The notes beneath the pieces are model-generated. The model was not told where the DNA came from. It was given only the letters and a program-made list of their open reading frames with translations, and searched no databases. DNA of 64,000 nucleotides, from assembly GCA_046563655.1 (NCBI GenBank), contig CM102286.1:5332001-5396000 (forward strand), written 5' to 3'. This document shows, in pieces, positions 35,275-47,200 of this stretch. The stretch's first letter is position 1, and the number at the start of each line of letters is the position of its first letter. A program made the translations under genes and the position numbers. The stretch comes from Yuukianura sp. NJ FZ-2021. Taxonomy: Eukaryota.

Positions 35275-38200
35275 CTAAAAATACGAGAGTCAAACAAAAA
35301 TATTTTAATGTTGGATGAAATATTCAAAATTCAACAATACACTCATAAAACGTGGTATTAAATAACAAGTTTCATTATCCTAACGCTTTCTCTTTGTTTC
35401 CGCTTTTTTTTTGCCTTCTTTTAAATGTGCATTTCAACTAATATGTTCCCCGTTCACTGGCCAGCATGTAACTGCCAACAGTTACAACGACTTTTCCGGG
35501 AAAGAGAAAGATGTTCAACACACTTCGTTTTTTTTACATTTTCTAACCAATTTTCCTGGCGCCAAAGATTGTGGTGGCGTTAGCATTAAAGTTCGTGACC
35601 CAAATCTCTTTTTTCCCGCAATAACGGGTGAAACGGCATAAGAAAAGAGGCGGGACGAGGCATAAAACAAAATGGAATACAATGACATGGAAATTAAATT
35701 ACAACCTCCTATGAAACATTTTTGCTTGTGACACACATACATGTACACCACCCAGCGGCCTTACAGTTTAACTGCTCCTAACAAACATGCCTTTGTAATA
35801 GCGGAGAGGAACCGGAGCGGCGGCGCGGATTTGCAAGCAACCAAATTCCAATGCATTCCCTGACTTTTTTGCACGGTCACTTGTATACTGTTATTCTCAA
35901 GGACGGTCTCTTATGGACAATGGACATACACTTAGGGGCACACAGAACCTAGCCAAACCTAAAAGTATTCAGAGTTGACCGTCCATAAGAATGCTGGTCC
36001 ACAACTTAAGTTTCTTTGTAACATCGGCACAGAATAATCCAAATCGCGAGTGTATTACGTCATAAATATCAAAGTACACACAATTCCCGAATCAAGAGCT
36101 GAAGCCCGGTTGAAAATTTGCTGAACGGAAATGATCCCAAAGAATCTTAATAATTCGGTAAAATATCATTCGAATATTTCACTATCCATGATTTTCATTG
36201 GGTTTTGTGCCATATATCCCATGCGTTGTTAAGAAAACGTACATAATTGACTTTTCAGTTTATTAAAACGTCATTTCTTAAATTAATTTGAAACAGTTTA
36301 AACGTTGTTGATTATATTTTTCAAACAATTTTGAAGGTGGTTAGGGGGCTTTGAGATTTTCGTTAAAACGTTTTTTTTTCGGTAATCGCTCAGTAGAAAA
36401 ACACCAAGGTTTTTTCAGGTTATGTTGCCAGGGACAGTACATAAGGTTAATAAATTTTTAATAAATCGCCAATTGTGAACTGCGCTTTCCATGTGCCACA
36501 AAATGTGATCCGTTCTTAATTATAGGAGAACAGCAGAAGGTTAAAGCTTAAACAAAAATGAAATTGACAACAATTATTTTCGTTAATCCACTTCGTGTTC
36601 AATTCACGACGAAAAAAAAAGAAGTTTTCGTTTGTAAATTGTGAATTCGTGCAATTGTCGTCCATTTTAAAGTACATAATTACGCTGTACTCACAACCGG
36701 TGGAGGCTTCTGTTGGCGTGTATTTGAAATTGAACGCTTTCTTTTAGTTTAACTCGAACTCATGGGAATAATAGCTTTTTAGCTGGGACTATTTTGTTCT
36801 ATTTCTAAAAAAAAATTGCCAAGCATTTAAAACCATTTTGCAAACTTCGCACCATAATAGTTCGAAAATAAATTTCTCGTGGTCCACTTCCAAAAGGAAT
36901 TTTCAATAAAAGCAGTAAAAACTTTCATAAGTTGTAGCGTACTGCAGCTCAGCTTTTTTGAAATTAGAAACAACCCCGTGCAGTCGTACGTTGTGAATTT
37001 TCAAATGGCTAGTGTTGAATTTAGCCGCTATTTTCTTCTATTCTTCATTCCATTTCTAACCGCACAATCACCGGTTGACATAAATTTTCTTCTCGCCCAT
37101 GCCGATAATTGTCACGCCCATGTTATTACATACGAAAATCTCGACTTTGTACGATTGATTAATCCGATGGTTTTGTTAACTCCACAGTACAGCAATATAA
37201 ATCCATACGAAAAAAGTTGTTCCGAGGCTGTGAATGGCGTGTACAACCTTTCAGAAATAAAGGATGAACCCTGTGAACCGGTACGCAAGAACTTGCTAAT
37301 GAAAGGATTGGTCTGCATTTCAATGACTTTAGTTTACTCTACAAGAATTACCAATTTGAGTGACGCATACATGTATATGTATAACTACTGGGACAGGTAT
37401 GACTCCATGACGGTATCTTACTTTGTGAACGAAAGACAAAAATATAGTATGCTTATTAAACTTAACCCTGCGCGTCGGTTCCCTTCAGTAACTATTGTTC
37501 AGGTCCTTGTTCATCCCAAACTAACAGCCACCCAGTGGAACAGCGGACGTTGGACACGCAGCAAGTGGCCAACATCAGCACAGTGTCTGATTTTCAAAAA
37601 TTTTGATTCAAAGATTTTTATGGCTCCTTTTGTAGAAACCTATTATTTACACATAGGTTTGATGTAAAACTTCAAAAGAAGTTAGCTTTGAACAATTTTG
37701 CCCCGAAGACCGAAAAATCCGAATTTCGGATTTCTCGTTTTTTTACGGCTCAAAATCGCCCGGAGCTTACTTTTTTCGACGTTTTAGATAAAAACTAAGT
37801 AATAGGTTTCTCCAAGAATAAACACCAAAGTTTGGAACCAAAATTTTTGAAATTAAATCACTGTTAACAGTCCTCACGAAGCGGCCGGTGTTGGTGATTT
37901 CTTACAAGAGAGCAACGGTGGGTGTGACCAGTATAACTTACGACATGCTCGTACCAGGGAGATTGATCCATGTGAATTACTTGGTCCAAGCGGAGAAATT
38001 GGATAAAGCTACGCATATGCGTATGGTTAACTATTTAGTTGCCAAGAATGGCGTGTTCGGTAGAATATTTCCTGACAGTTCGGCGAGCATGTTCGCAATT
38101 CAACAGTATGTTAAGCACATCTCACTTTACTTAAAGTCATCTGCAAACTTTTCATATGGAAAGCATGTCTTTAACCTTTATGTATTGTACGAGCACATGA

Positions 38201-41200
38201 GCGGAACCGTAAGATGGAAACCTCACGACGCTTTTGGTTTTTTCCAACCATTACACCAAGGAAACATGATGGTTGTCGGGTGTTCTCGCCTCAAACATGT
38301 TCTAAGTTTTCGGGATTATGTTACCGCGTTCGATGGATGTGTATGGCTATGCTTGGGTTTGATTCTTGGCATAGTTGCTGTAATACTGCAGATTTATTTA
38401 AGCAAAGTCAAAATCACTGGGTATCCTATCCTCATGCTTATCGGCGCTCTATTTGAAAATTCTGCTGACCTACCACAAAAAATTGCTGACCATAAAAGCA
38501 TCAGGATCCTAACAATTGGCGTTCTAGTACTTTGTATTGTTTTGAGCAACGGATACAGAGGCGTAATGATTACGGGAATTGTCAGCCCACTTAGCCAACA
38601 GGGAATTGACAACTTAGTAGATACTGTACGTCTGAAATTTTCATTGCTGCTAAACGTTACAACAACCATGTACAATCCTGCGCCATGGACAGAGGATTCA
38701 TCGTTTCTACATGGGTGTTGTAGTGCTGTCAATAAGAACCTATCATATATACCGGACAACACAAAAAATTGGACATGTAAAAACAGACTTATTATGGAAT
38801 CGCTTGTAATGAGCAAAATTTGGGAAGCAAGCAACTACACAGTAATGAGACAGCGTGAACTTTTAAATGAAGGAGCATCGAGAATGCAGCCAGAACCAAC
38901 TGATTCGAGCAGTACAAAATTTCTATTGCAAGTCTACAAAGCACTTCAGCCTCCACCATGCGATACATCTCCAATTGTTGAGTTACTCAAATGCCATGAT
39001 TCAGTATACGCATCCTTTGTAGAGGAGGAAATCCAAAGTTTACTAAAAGTAGCTAGTAGCAGACTTGGGAAATTTTCCAATTTGTACCAAGTACACGATC
39101 GAACGAAAATGTTTCCGCGTTATTTCGGTGGAATTCAGGTACAACAAGATGGCGTATCTGTCGGAGAAGTGTTTAAACGCAGCGCAAGATCGTTTATGGA
39201 ATCTGGATCTTTTAGATTCTTGCAACAACGAATGGCCGAGGAATATTACTACAGAGCAGTACGTCTAGCACATTCACTTGGGCAAGTCGTCATTCCAAAG
39301 GATGTTAAACCACTGGACTTGGGATCTAAGGTTTGCACTCTATTTCTCGTGTGCCTCATTTGCTTAACTTTATCCTGCATGTATTTCTTATATGAAGTTT
39401 TCAACAACTGCTAACAGTCCTTGGAAGATGTTTAAGGATTTTCGCGAAATATGCTCTTTGCCGAACTTCGCTTTGCAAAATTTTCACCCACGACTTTCTC
39501 CACTCAATACAAAAACGGCTAGCGAAGCCTTCAAAACTTCTTCGGATTTTCGCGGAAAAGGAAGCGACAGTTCAGCCAGCAGTGCTTTTTGTCAAAGTAG
39601 AAACGAAATAGAAGTCGTACCCTTGCACTAGATGAATATGTGTATGTGTATTGATAATGTAAAAATAAACTGTTGGAACTCACTTTCATTTCACAAAATT
39701 ACTATAAAATTTTTTCCAGTTTTTGAAAACGACGTTTCTTCTAGATTTCAATGGAATACTAATTCACATTTTCGTTTTAAATATTTTCAGGACGCCAAAT
39801 TTTTAATGCTTATTGAGCCTGATGTTTCGTATTGTTAAGATTTGGTTTGTTCTTTTTTTTAGTAAATGCTTATTCCCGTTGTTTTGTTTAACGGTTGTTT
39901 TACTTGTCTATGGAGGGGCAAGAACGACTTTCACTGTTTATTATTTTTATCTTTATTTAAATACTTTTTCCCTAAAATAAAAATAACATAGTTATTTAAA
40001 TATATTTAAATTTATGATGCACGAAATATTCACATATACGATAAACAATAAATAGTGAAACTAGTTCTTGTTCAGGTTTTGAAAACAAAAAACAGTATCA
40101 AACCAGAAATATCTCGCGTTTCATTTAATTTGGCTGTTGGATTGGAAATGATGCTGGGCCGTCATTTAGAAGGAAGACAAGAGGGATTTGTATGGATTAT
40201 AATTAAATATAAATGGGTTTGGACTTGGCTTCTGATGGCTTTCCGTCCAACATTACACTTCTGTATTCCCGAACAAGATTTCCCCATAGAACTGAAATGA
40301 GAAAATCTAGAAATCTAGAATGCTTAAGAACTAAGACTAGGTCGAGAGGGCACGCCAACCCGTTAGACCAGCCTTCTGTTCCGGAGCGAAGTGTGTAGAA
40401 AATCCACTTTTGGTTTAGACCCCCACTCGGGATTCCGGTCTGACAACAGTTCGATATAGATGAATGGACTTTGCAACACCGAGAAAGGCGATCCCTGTGG
40501 CAAAACACAACGTCACTACCACTAACCTTACCCCTTGACATCTCACTCCTGGACCCTAACTTGATAAATGGAAATGGACTATAAATTTTTTACTAAAAAA
40601 AAGTTACACCAACCTACTGTTTAGCGAAAGCCAATTCGCCAACCTGAGCATATTCGCAAACACAAGGTCTGGAAGAAATAAAATTTGCGAGGCCTTCAGG
40701 AAATGAATTTATTTTCAAACTTTTTATATTTGATTCTTTACAGTCGCGAATGAAAAAAACCAAAGAGAAATACAACCCTGTTTTTACAGCTCTACTAAAT
40801 CCGACCTGCTAAACAAGTAAGCACGAAGTTTATAATGCAATTATTTGGAGAAAGTTGGTGAAAGATAGAGCACGGCGGAAAACAGCTTCCAGTAACTAAG
40901 ACTTTAGGCACAATATCCGAAGGGTTTGAAATGAAAAAAGTAATATCCGAATCCGCGACAGGATTTTGTGAAAAGTTAGGACATGCCGTCAAAGTCGTCG
41001 TAATTCAGCGGATACCTTTTGTGTCAATGCCAACTTGGCAATCACACATAACTTCCCATAGACTATGTCTCTGTAGCTACCCGTAGAACGTGGGATTACC
41101 GACGGCTCTACTCGAATTCATATTTTCAGTTCTCTAGAAAAAGCTTTTTCTGAAACCGAAAGGAAAAGCGAAGTGCAGGGAACAGTTCCTTTCAATTCCA

Positions 41201-44200
41201 TTTATTCAAGAGCTGGGTGCTTACCATCAGGCACACCTCGATGCGTCGATGTATACACTTCTCTTTCGTTTCAAAAGTTCAACTAACAGGCACCAGACAC
41301 ACAAACAGAGAGAAAAGCTTTGTGAGGATTTGATGTTCAATATGAAAAAGAAAGCAGCGTTCAGTGCAGCGGAAACTCTCAAGTGCTGCATCTCCGAAAC
41401 TTTCAATTCTTATTCTAGCACTGGATTTCATTTTCAATCGAGAGTGGCACCGAAACGCAGCGTGAGATTCCGTTTTGTCATCTGTAGGATTATTGTCACT
41501 TTCTCCCTTTACTTATGGTTAGGTTCGCCTAACCTAGCGTTACTACATGTTACTGTCTCTAGTTACTTTTATAATTAAAATTGTCTTTGTTAATTTTTTG
41601 AATACAAAGCTACGAATCTGAAAACAAATTAAAATTATGGTTTGTTAGTATAAGTAATACTTTAAATTTTGCTTTCACTTGTAGGTGGAAATCCAATTCC
41701 ATCTTTCGGCAGCTTTTGTAACAAAATAATGCTCCAGAATGGAACCATCGCGGTGACAAAGCATGTTTTTTGAACGTGCAATTTGTGTCCCACTTTCGTT
41801 TGTTTTGGACTAATTGGACTTAAGTATAGCTCGTATGAGTCGTAAACAGCCCCTATACACATTCTTTTTAGATCTAATCTTTTACAAGCAGTCGAGAGAA
41901 GAATGTATGCTGTTGAAGATCTAATTTGAACATGGGAAATGACAAGGAACAATGCAGGGAAGAGGCAAAAGAAGAAGATTGTTTGGAGATTCCAGTCTCG
42001 CACCAACTGACTAATTTGAAAAGATGGAGGAAAACAGAGAAAGTGAGGAGGAGATAATCAAGGAGGCGGGAGATAGGAAATCATGTAATTCCTACTCTTT
42101 CATCCTCCCTTCTTCCTTCCGCTCTCCTTGTTATCGCTGATGAGTTTCTCCTCACTTTCACTTCCCCACTTTCTCAAGGCCCCACCCAGCCAGCACAACC
42201 AAACTTACAACTACTGAAGCCACCAGAGCTAGGCCTAACTGTCCTTTAAATCGGGATAACGTCACTCTTCAACACTCTCCCCATCTTAATAGAATAGCAA
42301 ACTTCGTCTTACACCAAAAACTACAAAGTGGAAGAAAAAAATGGCCTTGACTACTTTCTAGATTGCCATTGCCTTGCTTTTTTCTTCTTCTACGGAGTGG
42401 GATACTGGCGCGCAGAAATTTTTGCGACGTGCACCGACTACGCAGGGCAGCATTTTTCCGTGAGTCTGATTAGAATAGGTGAAACGCTTCTGATGAAATT
42501 ACGCAAGAGTGATATAATTATCCATGCATCTGATTACGATTTACTTGTACATGTATTTACAAATTTGCCAAAAAGAGAACGTCCGTAAATATAGCCGTCC
42601 ATGAATGTTCTAGAACTCTAGCCGAGTGTTAGAAAGGAGAATTGTATTTTTAAGAGCTGGGCATTTTTTGCTTTACTATGTTCACACAATGTAACAACGT
42701 TAAGTTCACACCATTTCAAAATCTGGAAAGCGAGAGAAAGCGCAGAGGTTGTGCTGTTTGGAGAGTGAAAGTGCGCACGACGCGTTCTTATGTGATGTAA
42801 ATGACTATTACGAATTCTCAAGTTCCCTCTTATTTTTTTTCTAAGTTTCAAAAGAAAGTAGGAAGTGAGAGAAAGCATTTCCTTTGGTGAAGACAAATTG
42901 TGTGGAAGTAAAGTCCTTCTAATAGTAAATTTGCATGCACCAATTCCCTTAATCACCTCCTCTGCTTATTTACGCTGACTGGCCTCACAAGTTTCCACAA
43001 GCGGATTTTGAAGCTGTACAAGGCATTTAGCAATTTAACACCCCCGAAAACCAAAACTGGCGAAAATCATGTAGCAAGTTGTTTTTTTACGAACTGGAAC
43101 AAACTTGAGTTGATTCTTTACACCATTTTGAAATGCATAGATTGGCATAAAGCTGCACATAACCCAACAATTGCAAAGAGAAAGTAGTCCATTTGTTAGT
43201 AGCATTTGAGCAGTTAGTTAGTGGCCACAAACGGCTAAGAGGCCATCTAACCAAAAGCTTTTCTTCTCCAAAGTTCCAAATTAGAAACAGAACTTTAAAA
43301 GTCAGTTAAAAATTGGGATGCAAGGCACGATTTTTGCGGTAAGTTGGAATTAGGCACTCGGTCCGTTGCTGCTTTAGGAAGAGTTAAGTTGTTGGTCTAA
43401 GACTTCATAAAATTCGCCTCCTTCCATTGCGGTTTAAGTTAGTTAAGGGAGGAAGAAGAAGACAGAGTTGTGCCAACGTTAGATTTTGATTCAATTTTCT
43501 ACTTTTACCTCAAACCCACTCGTCCCAAAGTCCTGATCTCTGCGTCTTCTCTCAAAAAGTTAGGTTGAGGCCTAACCTAGGACCAAGAAAGTGGTCTGGG
43601 ACTTGGAACTGTCTTGTCTCTTTATGGCACCAACTTAAAACAGGGCCTTTGCATTCCGCCTCCTTTCTCTTAAAACTGAAACATGACTTTCGTCTGCACA
43701 AGGAGAAACTGCTTCCAGCAACACTTTCTGAAACAACCCAAAAGTCAAAGTTCAGAAACATTTCTCACCGCTTCAAAAAGTTTGGCAGGATCTGATGAGA
43801 GACTCAGAAATTATTATATGGAGTTTCGTCATAAAATCCCGCCTTTTGAACAGTCATGGCACATTGTGCTCGACTAACCTAACCTTAAACGGCCCTTGAC
43901 TCAATGGGAATGAATGATTCATTAGGTGCCAGCATTGAAGTGGCAGACAGTGAAAGTGATCTCAATCTTTCCCTTTTTATTGCACCACACGCATGGAACT
44001 AATGGTAGGAGGTGTGGTGTAGAGTGTAGAGTTTGAAAAAAAAATAGTGGGAAACTTCAAACAGTTTATGCTTTATTGACTTCAGTCGTTTGAGATAAGC
44101 CGTGACTCTTGTCTTGGGCATTCCTTTAGCTTTCACGCCAGACTAAATTTTCATGCCACTTGCTCATTATTACTCAATTCAAGGAAATCTTAAATGGTTT

Positions 44201-47200
44201 GTTTTGACAAAACCAAGTGAAAGCATATCCATTCAAGTCCAATCTGCTCACCACTACCAAATTTGAAACAATGTCAGTGTAGAATTGTTTCAAATGGCAG
44301 TTTCCCGTCATTGTCTAAAGTGAAAGTAAGATATAAATCAATTCAGTAATCAATTCTGATTTGTCGTTCCTTACAATTCAGAATTTGAAACAAACACAAG
44401 AGGCCTACCGGAGCCTGTCTGCTGCTCATTTCGGTGAAACTAATTAAATTTGGAGAAAACAATGGAGAAAGTCCAGTGACAATAGAATGGAGCCTATTAG
44501 CATATAGTATCCACTGTAACTCATAGTCTACGTTATAGCCTTGTAGCATGTAGTACTATATGTTTCGGAAGTTGTGAATATAGATTTTCCATTTGCACAA
44601 ACATTTGTAAACAGTCAAACACACTCTCTGTGTCATTTCAAAGCTTTTTTTTAAATTTGAAAAAAAAATAGTTCCCTCCTCCCTCTCACTTAAGTAGAAA
44701 TCGCATAAGCATCGTCTCCATTTTTCTCTGTACGCTAAAGGAATTCTGGTCCATAAATATTTGTTAAGAGGGTGTACTCGATTCCTTTTGTTGTCGAACT
44801 GATATATGGGAGGAGAGGCGGAGGTTACTACGGAAGTGTGGACAGACAGGATAACAACAGATCAGAAACAACCGAACAGCATCGTCGTCGTCCTCCTTCT
44901 CTTCAAATGTCGTACATGTCATTCGCTCTGAGCTGTTTGAACACTGGAAGAATTCCTATTGTCTGCCAAGATGAAAAAAACAAACTATCAGTCAATAGTC
45001 GCAGCTTTCTCTAGTAGTCCCTTATTCGTATGAGCCCTTATAACCCAAAGTGATGGCCTTTGGAGCAGATAGCAGGGGACAAGTGATGGTTAATACATGT
45101 CTGCCTGTCTGCAGACGCAGAAGAAACCATTACTCCACTTTCACCACTTTCTTCCAAACCCTCCAAATTGTTTCTACTTTCTCTACACTCTGCATAAAGA
45201 ACTTCTAAAATAAACGTGTCGACTAAGCATTTGGAGGAGGTAACAGGGTTATCCTTTATTCCGCCACTACTTCAATGCTCCCTCTTCAATCCTCCGCTTT
45301 TCCCGCCTTTTTCTTTTTCAGTTTTTTGTTTCCAGAAATCCTGAAAAGGAGGAAATTTCAAGCCTTTTCTTTTGGAGACAAATGTGAAATGCGGAAAAAA
45401 GGAAAGCTCATGCAATTTTTAGCGTTAACACTGACACAAGGATGCACTGTCTCAGCAGCGCTTTCTCCGTGACAAAATAGAATCATTAAGCCCGTAATTA
45501 TTCACTTCTCAACAGACTTTCTCCCACAGGTATCATTGCTTTCACCTGCTCTCTTTATAGAAACTGCCTTTTCTTGCCGTTTTTTTTTATACAAAACACT
45601 CGTCTTCTTTTTTTTTAAAAGCAGTGCATTATTCTTCTCACAAATTGAAGAAGGAAATTTGAACGTACTCTTAAAAATGAAAAACGCAATCTACAGGAAA
45701 AAATAGCTTCCGGAGAAAGCTGGTGCATTTGTTGCATATTATTTTCCCAAATCAATACCGACGTAAAACTTTTATGTAAATTATGTGCATTTTATTCAGT
45801 GCGTGGATTTTGAACCCTACCGGCCGCATTGCCAAGCTAAAACTTGTGGTTTTTTAAGTCCGGGAAGTTCAAACTACTCATCCATCTTCTCCCGCAGTTT
45901 AGCTTCCTGTTTTCAAACTGTGCATGCTTTTTCAAACAAACTTTCTCTTCGAATTACCATTGGACTTAGTCAAGACGCTGGAAGAAGAGGCAGGAAGCCA
46001 TTATTTCTATTCCAGCCACGTCGTTTAAATGCACCAAAGTCAGCATAAGAGCAACCATCCACTTCTCTTTTAATCATCTTTCTAAATTACTTCAATATGG
46101 CCTGAATTAATTTCACTCATTACTCAAATTATAAATAAGTATGAGGAAATGCGCTTCATGTCGAGATGGGGTTACTACATCACTTAAGGTGGCGACTAGA
46201 CCATTAACTGGCATGGAGATTGTGGGATCATTGCTGATTTTCGCAAAGGAGAAAGTCCGCAGTAACTAACCATAAGAACGTGGCGTTTTTAGGTTTCTAG
46301 TCTAACCTCTTAGTACTAACTCAGCCTTAGACGAAATGTAGAAGAAGTGAGTTTTTCCTTACTAAGTATTTTGGCCGTGGCCCAATGTGGTTCAAGTCTT
46401 GTAGTGGGATGCTCCCATTGAGACGCAGTGTGCAGTACTCGGATAGACCCCCGGGGGTGACTCGAGCTGGAGACGTATCAATCGTCGATATGTGCTGCTG
46501 ACGTTTGCGGTAGTACTCCACTTCTTCCGAGTCTGTGAATTCGTAAAACAAACTTAGAAAATGAACAAACTAAAACCTAACATTGACAAATATAACATAA
46601 CATAGAGACAGTATGTTGCCTCAACGGAACACACTTTTACGAGGCTAGAACTTTTACGGTATAAAAATGTGCACGTTTTACTTAATTAATTTAAATGGAA
46701 AGCTTTTCTCATTCAGCGTCACCGCTCCAAGCAAAACCTACAAACTTTCTTTGAGGATAACTTCTTTTCGATCTCTAAATTTAATTAAAACACCACAAAG
46801 TCTAGTTTCAGAGAAAGCGACGATTCAAAACCGCTTTCGGCACAAGTTTTTCAACAAACGTGTTACACAGGTAAACATTTTGACTTTTATAAACTTTTTA
46901 CTGCGCTTTAGTTTTGTTGACTTGTGTAAATTAAATACTCGTTTGCCTGGAATTTCGTATCACTAAAAATTTGTTTTTAAAGGTTCAAGCTGTTCAGAAT
47001 CCTAAAAGCATAAAATTCATTTAATGATGATCTAGGCAGGAAAAGTAGTGAAAGCGCGTTCATCTCTCCGTTTTTCGACTTATCAAGAATTTCCCTCGAG
47101 GTTCTGAGAAGATCAATTCTCATCCTTCTAAATTTGATCATAAAAATTTCAGTTGACACGGAGAGTAATTGTCATGCGTTAGGCATGTCAAGCTCAAACG

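Noticed and set aside
38394..38834. 146-aa minus-strand ORF
   Set aside because: Antisense shadow of the IR coding sequence.
40203..40541. Cys-containing ORF with RCCKVH resembling the phospholipase A2 CCxxHD motif
   Set aside because: The Asp after His is missing, no Ca-binding loop is visible, and no coherent exon model could be built.
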